Origin: a virus
Lineage: Duplodnaviria > Caudoviricetes
Reading direction: 5' to 3' (one strand)
IMG/VR virus record: IMGVR_UViG_3300044820_000025
Location: 1 to 42,771 of that record
Length of the DNA stretch: 42,771 nt
Shown one piece after another: positions 8,061 to 14,479 of this stretch (the stretch's first letter is position 1; each line of letters opens with the position of its first letter). The position numbers were made by a program, and so were the translations under genes. The notes beneath the pieces were generated by a model. The model had not been told where the DNA came from, did not search any database, and worked only from the letters and a program-made list of their open reading frames with translations.

Positions 8061-8464
8061 AGTGCTACCTTGCCCACCCTGTCACTGATTACGGCGGCAG
8101 CGCTCGCCAATTGGCGGCCGTGACAGCCATCAACGCCATCGGCTGGGAGGTCGAAAACCCTGACCACTCCATGCACCAGGAAGCATACCGCCAGCATGGA
8201 ATGCAGCATTTCCTAGACGTGGTGGAGGACTGTGATGCACTGGCCTTCCTGCGCTTCCCCGACGGCTATATCGGGGCGGGCGTGGCGAAAGAGATCGAAT
8301 GCGCGCTGCGGCGTGGCCTGGACGTGTTCGACGTCAGCGAAGGCCACCTTGAGCCGGTCGATATGATGCCGGAACAACTGCTCACCGTAGAGCAGACGCG
8401 GGCCAAGATTTCGCACTTGATGGCATCCACGGTCGCTCCGCACCATGGTGAGCCCCATGGCTGA
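8057..8464 (+). CDS. Nucleoside 2-deoxyribosyltransferase-like protein
   Basis: YLAHP, ENP, CDALAF, GAGVAKEIECA motifs. Confidence 0.6.
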   Translation: MKCYLAHPVTDYGGSARQLAAVTAINAIGWEVENPDHSMHQEAYRQHGMQHFLDVVEDCDALAFLRFPDGYIGAGVAKEIECALRRGLDVFDVSEGHLEPVDMMPEQLLTVEQTRAKISHLMASTVAPHHGEPHG

Positions 8465-8765
8465 ACCGACCCTCTACGTCACCGAAGGCGAGATCGTGAA
8501 GCGCATGGGCGTCGGCATGAAGAACGGACGCAAAGCCGTTCAGAAGATGCGCCTGCATCCAAATTTCCCGCCCAAAACAATCGCCGGCAAGCGGTATTGG
8601 CCTGCCGTTCGCGACTTCCTTGAAATCTGGAACAACCGTAGCATCGCCGCCACCGGCAATTCGGCCGGCCAGGAGACCGAAAATGGAACGACCTCACATT
8701 CCGGACGCGCCCGGCCTAGCTTGGCGCGCGCGAAAGAGCGGCTGGGCCTGCCTGTGGGTGGCTAG
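8457..8765 (+). CDS. xis: Excisionase-like winged-helix protein
   Basis: FPPKTIAGKRYWPAVRDFL; overlaps the integrase start. Confidence 0.65.
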   Translation: MAEPTLYVTEGEIVKRMGVGMKNGRKAVQKMRLHPNFPPKTIAGKRYWPAVRDFLEIWNNRSIAATGNSAGQETENGTTSHSGRARPSLARAKERLGLPVGG

Positions 8766-9909
8766 GCAGGATATCGTCAAGGCGGGCTTCCGGCCCTCTA
8801 CGGCGCAGTTGATGGTGCTGACGGCACCGCCGACGCCAGAGCAGGAACGATCGATCCGAGCAAGCTGCGTCAGGCTGCAGGAGGAGATGTACGAGTTCGG
8901 CCACGTCCAGCCAAAGGTGTTCGGCGGGACCGTGCGCGACCTCATCAATGCCTACCAGACCGACAAGGATTCAGCCTACCAGACCATGCGCTACCGCGGC
9001 CGGGTCGACATCGACAATTCGCTGAAGCGGATCGATGCGAAATACGGCAAGCTGAAGCTGGCCGATCTCGGCGCCCGCGACTTCAAGCACTGGTACGAGG
9101 ATCTGCGCTGGCCGGACGGTGCCGGCGGCCGGGAAACCCGCACCATGGCGCACTCCATCATGACGGTAGTCCGTATGATGTTCACCTTCGGCAAGCTCTT
9201 TAAGATCGATCCGGCATGCGCCAGATTGAAGGAGGAGCTTTCCGAGATCCAGTTCTCCAAGGGGTCGAAGCGCACCGAGGTGCTTACCCTGCGGCAGTGC
9301 GAGGACATCATGGCGGTCGCGCATGCCGATGGCGTGCACTCGCTGGCCCTCGCTCAGGCGATCCAGCGGAACCTTGGCCTGCGGCAGCGTGACGTGATCG
9401 GAGAATGGGTTCCAGTAGCCGAGCCTGGCGTGTCCGACGTCATGCACCACGGCCTGAAATGGCTGCGTGGAATCCGCTGGGAGGAGATCAGCAGCAACTT
9501 CATCCTCGAGCATCGCATGTCGAAGTCCCGCACCGGCAAGGTGCTGAAATTCGACCTGAAGCAATACCCGATGGTGATGACCGAGCTGCTGAAGATCCCC
9601 GAGGCCGATCGCGTCGGCGCCGTGGTGAAGTCGGAGAACACCGGCCGGCCCTGGAAGCAGAGCAACTTCCTGCAACGCTGGCGCCAACTGGCGATCAAGG
9701 CCGGCGTTCCCAAGACGGTTCGCAACATGGACAGCCGCGCCGGCGCCATTACCGAGGTCATCCGCGCAACCGGCGACGTCGATGCTGCCCGCATCATGGC
9801 CGGCCACTCCGAGACCAAGACCACGCTCGGCTACAGCCGGGAAGACCTCGAGCGCAACAACGAGACGGCTGTGATTGTTGCGGATTTCCGCGCCAAAAAC
9901 AGAGCGTGA
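8683..9909 (+). CDS. int: Tyrosine recombinase (phage integrase)
   Basis: Catalytic residues GLRQRD, K (SKSRTGK), MDSR in place of HxxR, GHS...TTLGY. Confidence 0.9.
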   Translation: MERPHIPDAPGLAWRARKSGWACLWVARQDIVKAGFRPSTAQLMVLTAPPTPEQERSIRASCVRLQEEMYEFGHVQPKVFGGTVRDLINAYQTDKDSAYQTMRYRGRVDIDNSLKRIDAKYGKLKLADLGARDFKHWYEDLRWPDGAGGRETRTMAHSIMTVVRMMFTFGKLFKIDPACARLKEELSEIQFSKGSKRTEVLTLRQCEDIMAVAHADGVHSLALAQAIQRNLGLRQRDVIGEWVPVAEPGVSDVMHHGLKWLRGIRWEEISSNFILEHRMSKSRTGKVLKFDLKQYPMVMTELLKIPEADRVGAVVKSENTGRPWKQSNFLQRWRQLAIKAGVPKTVRNMDSRAGAITEVIRATGDVDAARIMAGHSETKTTLGYSREDLERNNETAVIVADFRAKNRA

Positions 9910-10020
9910 ACTGACTATTGAACTATAATGAACTTGTGATAGCTAAGGGCCAGTAAAGTCTAAGGAATTTTTCTAATGCCGCTGATGCGCCGTCTGTGGC
10001 AACTCCTTGATTTTACTGTC
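9907..10020. other. Probable attP region
   Basis: AT-rich non-coding gap after int with TGAACT repeats at 9907, 9919 and 9929; core not identified. Confidence 0.5.
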
Positions 10021-10058
10021 CCTAGTTCTCACCCAGAGAGCAACAAAGGGGTCCAGTT

Positions 10059-10286
10059 ATGGCAAGCAATTCCGAGATCAGCGAACTAATCAAAGGGCTG
10101 ATCGCGCGCCGCAATCATCCAGACGTCGGCGCATCTTCGCCCGAAGGCCGGCGCATCTCGACGCTCATCGAGCAGTTGGAGAACGGCGCCCCGAGCGCGC
10201 AGACCATCAAAGAGATTGAGCAGATCCGGCGCGATGGCGGCCAGTACGTGCACGAGCACCACGATCATTCCAAGGGAGCGATGTGA
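10059..10286 (+). CDS. Hypothetical protein
   Basis: 75-aa ORF with AGGGG RBS. Confidence 0.65.
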   Translation: MASNSEISELIKGLIARRNHPDVGASSPEGRRISTLIEQLENGAPSAQTIKEIEQIRRDGGQYVHEHHDHSKGAM

Positions 10287-10540
10287 TGGCTAAATTCCGC
10301 AAGAAACCGGTTGTGGTCGAAGCCTACTGCTACGATCAGAAGCCGAAGAACTACCGCCCAGACTGGCTGACTGCGGCCATCATAGCAGAGAAAGTCACGA
10401 CGTTTCCAGAGTTCTGCAACATCTGGACGCTTGAAGGCACAATGCGGTGTGACCTTGGTGACTGGATCATCCAAGGCGTGCATGGAGAGCTGTATCCATG
10501 CAAGCCAGACATCTTCGCCGCAACGTATGAACCAGCTTAG
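10283..10540 (+). CDS. Widespread small phage protein (KFRKKPVVVEA...TLEG...GDWII.G..GE.YPCKPDIF..TYE)
   Basis: Highly recognisable conserved motif. Confidence 0.85.
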   Translation: MMAKFRKKPVVVEAYCYDQKPKNYRPDWLTAAIIAEKVTTFPEFCNIWTLEGTMRCDLGDWIIQGVHGELYPCKPDIFAATYEPA

Positions 10541-10560
10541 TAATTGAGAGGCGGAAGACC

Positions 10561-10779
10561 ATGGAGCCAGCTGAATATATGCGCCAAGCGTTGCTTCTTT
10601 TTGCCAAAGACCCGCCAGACGACGATTACCAGCGTGGGTATCATGAAGCACTGAAGGTCTTTGCGAACGAGGGGCTTGGTTTCAAGTGGGATGACCCGCT
10701 GCTTTGGGGCAAAGCAGATCCCGCCCCAGAAGTTCGTCAGAAGCCGAAGTTTGCCGTTATTAATGGCGGCAAGGACTGA
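10561..10779 (+). CDS. Hypothetical protein (DPPDDDYQRGY)
   Basis: 72-aa ORF with GAGG RBS. Confidence 0.7.
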   Translation: MEPAEYMRQALLLFAKDPPDDDYQRGYHEALKVFANEGLGFKWDDPLLWGKADPAPEVRQKPKFAVINGGKD

Positions 10780-10812
10780 CCCGCTCCGCTCGCATGACCG
10801 AGGATGTACGAC

Positions 10813-10974
10813 ATGAAGTGGCAAATAATCGATACAGCACCTAGGGATGGCACGCGCGTAAAGCTGCTGTGCATCCTTGGCGAGGACTTCGGGTTCTTCG
10901 ACACGGAGTGGTCAACTGAAAACGGGCGCGGAGAGCCATTGCTTTGGGCGCCAGCGAACGGAGACGCAACATGA
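10813..10974 (+). CDS. DUF551-like small protein (MKWQIIDTAPRDGT..., 53 aa)
   Basis: Translated by hand; WQ.I.TAP.DG motif. Confidence 0.7.
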   Translation: MKWQIIDTAPRDGTRVKLLCILGEDFGFFDTEWSTENGRGEPLLWAPANGDAT

Positions 10975-11306
10975 TCGACGACGCGCGCCTAGCCGAGGCC
11001 ATCAAGAAGATGCGCAAGCTACGGCTGGTTGACAGTATCCCAATCAAGGATGCCGGCCCGCCTGCGAAACCGTTCTTAGCTGTGATGAAGCAAGGGCTTG
11101 GCGGCGTATACGATGACGCGGCGCTGGAATATATTTTCCGCCGGTTTCTCGTGTATTACGATGGCGCAGGCAAAACGATTCAACCCGGTGCTGAAGCAGA
11201 GCCAGCGACCAGCCAAGCCGTTCATGGCGGTGAAGCTGTAGGCCGAACAGGCGGTTCGATTCCGCCGACCGGGGCCACCACCACGCTCACTTCGAAGGAA
11301 GGATGA
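10971..11306 (+). CDS. Hypothetical protein whose 3' part reads through a tRNA-like element
   Basis: ATGA-coupled start; C-terminal GGSIPPTGA is the translation of a T-arm. Confidence 0.6.
   Translation: MIDDARLAEAIKKMRKLRLVDSIPIKDAGPPAKPFLAVMKQGLGGVYDDAALEYIFRRFLVYYDGAGKTIQPGAEAEPATSQAVHGGEAVGRTGGSIPPTGATTTLTSKEG
11184..11277 (+). ncRNA. tRNA-like element or degenerate tRNA (possible CAT anticodon)
   Basis: CCCGGT pairs with ACCGGG, followed by G-CCA; perfect T-arm GGCGG-TTCGATT-CCGCC (11250-11266); GCCG-TTCATGG-CGGT arm; D-arm non-canonical. Confidence 0.5.
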
Positions 11307-11309
11307 ACT

Positions 11310-11516
11310 ATGAATACGACGACATACCAGCAATTCAAGGACAACCTTAGTGAGAAATTCTGCGCCGTGGTCAATGGCGTTGGAGGCTTAATTAGCAGCG
11401 GATGCGGAGACTTGGAGATCAAGCGATCGGATGATGGCTCTATCTACCTCAGCAAGCGCGCTGCGGCCCTCCTGACGGGGCTTCTCCAAGATGACACTCC
11501 CGTGGTCTTGGAATAG
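11310..11516 (+). CDS. Hypothetical protein
   Basis: 68 aa, bounded by motifs at 11283 and 11502. Confidence 0.65.
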   Translation: MNTTTYQQFKDNLSEKFCAVVNGVGGLISSGCGDLEIKRSDDGSIYLSKRAAALLTGLLQDDTPVVLE

Positions 11517-11528
11517 GAGGGATAGGAT

Positions 11529-11750
11529 ATGACGCCAGCGCCAACAAAATGCCCGTGCTGCGATGGGCGCATCACCCTTCACGTTCCCGAGTCTAGCAAA
11601 GACTACGAGGCGTGGGAGTTTGATTGCGGAGCGGAACTCATTCGTCTCGAAAATGGCAATCTAACCTACGAGACTGGGTGCTCTGAAGTGATGGCACGCG
11701 CCATTCGAGCCATGAACAGCATCGTGACCACCACACTCGTCACGAAATAA
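11529..11750 (+). CDS. Zinc-ribbon hypothetical protein
   Basis: CPCC...F.CG; strong AGGAGG RBS. Confidence 0.7.
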   Translation: MTPAPTKCPCCDGRITLHVPESSKDYEAWEFDCGAELIRLENGNLTYETGCSEVMARAIRAMNSIVTTTLVTK

Positions 11751-11764
11751 AGGGCTAAACAGCC

Positions 11765-11986
11765 ATGCAAATAACTGAGTTCACCCGCAACGCCCTGGCA
11801 ATTCGCCGCCAGATGCGAGACCTGCACGATAAGGGTTATGAGCGGATCTCGTGCGCCCACGGCATCGGGAATCTTTGGGAGTTAGATCGTGGATACCGTT
11901 ACCAGTGCAAAATAGTAGATGCTGTGATTGGCTTTGACGGAAAGTCGGTTTTTGTCAAAGTTGAGGCCCCCGCGGTCTCGGAATAG
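11765..11986 (+). CDS. Hypothetical protein
   Basis: 73-aa ORF; stop codon lies inside the motif at 11972. Confidence 0.7.
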   Translation: MQITEFTRNALAIRRQMRDLHDKGYERISCAHGIGNLWELDRGYRYQCKIVDAVIGFDGKSVFVKVEAPAVSE

Positions 11987-11998
11987 GAGGGCTTCACT

Positions 11999-12409
11999 GT
12001 GAATCAGAACGAACGCATAAGCGCAATTCTTTCCTGTAAACATCGCAGCAACATCCCGCACCCTAATCATCCTGGGAAGCGTCTGGTCGGATGGATTGTT
12101 GACGAGGATGTGGCGGGGTTGTCTGACTCTCTATTCGCCCTTGAAGAGATCGAGCGGCTTGCCACAAAACTTCCCACCAAAGACGAGCGCCAAGCTTTGG
12201 CAACGATGGTCTATGAGGCTATCCGGTTCTGTGATTGGGCTGCAGGCGAAGGGTTTACACCTGCCCCTGGCGAACCTGCGATTGACCCGGCGGAGTTGCT
12301 AACTGATTACGTCAACGCCATTGATGGCGACGAATACGAGGGATTGGCCGAGGCAGCGCGCGAATGGATAATGACCACGCCAGCGGTCTCGAATGGAGAG
12401 CGCAAATGA
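11999..12409 (+). CDS. Hypothetical protein
   Basis: GTG start with AGGAGG RBS. Confidence 0.7.
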   Translation: MNQNERISAILSCKHRSNIPHPNHPGKRLVGWIVDEDVAGLSDSLFALEEIERLATKLPTKDERQALATMVYEAIRFCDWAAGEGFTPAPGEPAIDPAELLTDYVNAIDGDEYEGLAEAAREWIMTTPAVSNGERK

Positions 12410-12651
12410 CGTTGAATGAATTGCGCGCGTGGCGTGATCGCCAGGCCGAAAAATCGGCAGAGCCGAAGTTTATGGGCAAGCCGGAATCGTGGTATGAAGA
12501 CCGCCACTGGTTTTGTACCAACGGGCATGTCTCTGGCTACATTCTACGGTGCGACGAGGACGGGGATCGGTGCCTTGCTTGCCGGGCGCCCGTATTGCTC
12601 GGGCCAGCCATCGGAGAAAAAGACTTCGCGCTGATACTTCAGCACTCATAA
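12406..12651 (+). CDS. Cys/His-rich hypothetical protein
   Basis: C.NGH...C...CLAC; ATGA-coupled. Confidence 0.7.
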   Translation: MTLNELRAWRDRQAEKSAEPKFMGKPESWYEDRHWFCTNGHVSGYILRCDEDGDRCLACRAPVLLGPAIGEKDFALILQHS

Positions 12652-12666
12652 CCGGAGAACGCGACA

Positions 12667-12828
12667 ATGGTTGAATGGAAAGCTCGCCTTAAGCAGGACG
12701 GATCGATAGTCGCCCGCGCATATGCCCCGACCAGGGAACAGGTCGAGCGAGAAATAAGGCATTATGCTATGATGTACGCTCAAGATGGACCGGTAGAGGT
12801 GGAGATTATCCCACCCCGCCGTTCATGA
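12667..12828 (+). CDS. Small hypothetical protein (53 aa, ...REIRHYAMMYAQDGPV...)
   Basis: Translated by hand; GGAG RBS; bounded by motifs at 12642 and 12819. Confidence 0.7.
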   Translation: MVEWKARLKQDGSIVARAYAPTREQVEREIRHYAMMYAQDGPVEVEIIPPRRS

Positions 12829-12845
12829 CCGAGGAAGGAAACACC

Positions 12846-13175
12846 GTGAACTTCAATCCAGTAGCCGACCTCTGGGAACTTGATAGCCTTGACCACGATC
12901 TCGTCATGGACGGCTATCTGTCGGCTGAGCGAGGCGACCCCGAGCCTGGTCCAAATCGCGGGAAGTCATACTGGCATGGGTGGCGGTGCAGAATGATGGA
13001 TTACGGGATCATTCCGATCGATGATGTCCACCGGAAGCTCACGCGGGATTATCTTGCTCAGCAGAGGGAGGCTTTGCAGGAGCATGCGCGTGAGGCCAAC
13101 AAGGTTGCCGCCAAGAATGGCGCGACCATCCACCCACGCGTAGCCGCCATCAAGGCAGGGCGTCATCGCTCATGA
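12846..13175 (+). CDS. Hypothetical protein (GY...G.PEPGPNR..SYWHGW)
   Basis: GTG start after GGAAGGA RBS; alternative ATG at 12825. Confidence 0.7.
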   Translation: MNFNPVADLWELDSLDHDLVMDGYLSAERGDPEPGPNRGKSYWHGWRCRMMDYGIIPIDDVHRKLTRDYLAQQREALQEHAREANKVAAKNGATIHPRVAAIKAGRHRS

Positions 13176-13226
13176 GCAGGGAACACCCATGACGCGCTTG
13201 TACACTCCACTCGGCATATAACGCTC

Positions 13227-13514
13227 CTAACGTTTATATTCGACTGTCGCTATTTCACCAGAGCAAGCAATATACCCGATTGCATCAACCCAATCATCAA
13301 CATTGACAGTTCCTCCCTGTGTTCTAGCAATCTTTAACAAACACATCATCAACCCGACATCGGATGCCGTTAGCGCCTTTCCGCCCTTCCCGTCCAAAAA
13401 GGCGTTCCATAGCCCCGCGATGTTGGCAAAATTGGCGTGCTTGTCGCCATGGACTGCAGCCCGATCGCCAGCGACTAGATCGCCAGCCTTACGCGTCAAC
13501 TCGTGTGCTTGCAT
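13227..13514 (-). CDS. DUF6378-like protein
   Basis: GDR...HG...NF.NIA.LW...DV.LMM.LLKIAR...DDWVD.IGY. Confidence 0.8.
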   Translation of the reverse strand: MQAHELTRKAGDLVAGDRAAVHGDKHANFANIAGLWNAFLDGKGGKALTASDVGLMMCLLKIARTQGGTVNVDDWVDAIGYIACSGEIATVEYKR

Positions 13515-13724
13515 TTACTCGTCCTTTTCAAACTTAAATTTACGCCGCACAGCGGCTGTCGCCCTGCGGTCTACAGTAGCCTTGAAGTATATCGTTCCAT
13601 TATCAAAGCGATACGTTACTTCATGGATTAAGCCGCAGTCGCAACATTGTTCTCTAAACCCCCTCTTGCTTACTGAGACCCATTCACCATCTGTAACCTG
13701 ATAGTAAACGCGCTTTTTCGACAT
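13515..13724 (-). CDS. Small zinc-binding hypothetical protein (CCDCGLIH)
   Basis: Start MSKKRV at about 13724; abuts the DUF6378 gene. Confidence 0.7.
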   Translation of the reverse strand: MSKKRVYYQVTDGEWVSVSKRGFREQCCDCGLIHEVTYRFDNGTIYFKATVDRRATAAVRRKFKFEKDE

Positions 13725-13752
13725 CTGCTGATCTCGGATTGTGAGGCTGACA

Positions 13753-14439
13753 ATGGGTGGATTTAAAGACATGACCGGCCTTAGGTTCGGCCGTTTAGTA
13801 GTGGACAGCTACGTCGATTCCGTCCGGCCGTCCGGGTTGCCTGGACCGGCAAAATGGCTGTGCTTTTGTGACTGTGGGGGCCGCGTAGTGACCCGTGGCG
13901 ACTGCTTACGCGGCGGGCAAGTGAGCTGTGGCTGTTTGACTAGAGAAGTGACAAGCGCGAGGGTAAAAGCGGCCCCTCCGCGCCTGAAACATGGAGGCTC
14001 ATCTGGCGGGAAAAGTGATGAGTACAAGATTTGGTCTGGGATAGTCCGCAGATGTGAGAACGTAAACTCACGAGCCTATAAGAACTATGGCGGCAGAGGC
14101 ATTGGTATATGCGACCGATGGCGCAACGGAAACGGGGGTCGTAGTGGGTACGAGCTATTCCTAGCCGATGTTGGGCCTCGACCATCGCGCAACCATTCGA
14201 TAGACCGCATCGACGTAGATAAGGGCTACCATCCCGGTAACGTAAGGTGGGCGGACTGGCATACGCAAATGCGGAATACCCGAAAAACTAGATACGTGGA
14301 ATATGATGGACAAAAGCTTGCAGCATCTGAGGCTGCGCAAAAATACGGCGTGCCCTATGCATCGTTACTGCAAAGACTGAACGCGGGATGGTCCGCTGAG
14401 CGCGCTTTAAAGCAGCCGATTAGGCTGTTAAAGATATAG
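13753..14439 (+). CDS. HNH homing endonuclease-like protein, inverted relative to its neighbours
   Basis: G.RFGRL.V, W.C.CDCG, SCGC, YGGRGI..C.RW, SIDRID...GY.PGNVRWA. Confidence 0.85.
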   Translation: MGGFKDMTGLRFGRLVVDSYVDSVRPSGLPGPAKWLCFCDCGGRVVTRGDCLRGGQVSCGCLTREVTSARVKAAPPRLKHGGSSGGKSDEYKIWSGIVRRCENVNSRAYKNYGGRGIGICDRWRNGNGGRSGYELFLADVGPRPSRNHSIDRIDVDKGYHPGNVRWADWHTQMRNTRKTRYVEYDGQKLAASEAAQKYGVPYASLLQRLNAGWSAERALKQPIRLLKI

Positions 14440-14479
14440 TCCCAGGCTGCCGCTAACGTTTCTGGCGTCAGCGGGATGG

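Larger units (their letters stand above)
4478..13186. repeat. Dispersed 21-bp palindromic junction motif CGNTC-N9-GANSG between accessory genes
   Basis: Full TC-N9-GA copies start at 4478, 4712, 5089, 6142, 6235, 7273, 10023, 10261, 10781, 11283, 11502, 11972, 12383, 12642, 12819, 13166; left-half-only copies at 6621, 8429, 11736. Confidence 0.7.

Noticed and set aside
9907-9934. Alphaproteobacterial LexA box (GAAC-N7-GAAC)
   Set aside because: Spacers are 8 and 6 nt, not 7; more likely integrase arm sites
10283-10540. Assignment to a named anti-defence sponge family
   Set aside because: The family motif is recognisable, but I cannot support a specific functional name without a search
4478-13186. 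CRISPR array or classical integron attC array
   Set aside because: Repeats are degenerate and separated by whole genes; no cas genes; no RYYYAAC/GTTRRRY boxes or long attC hairpins
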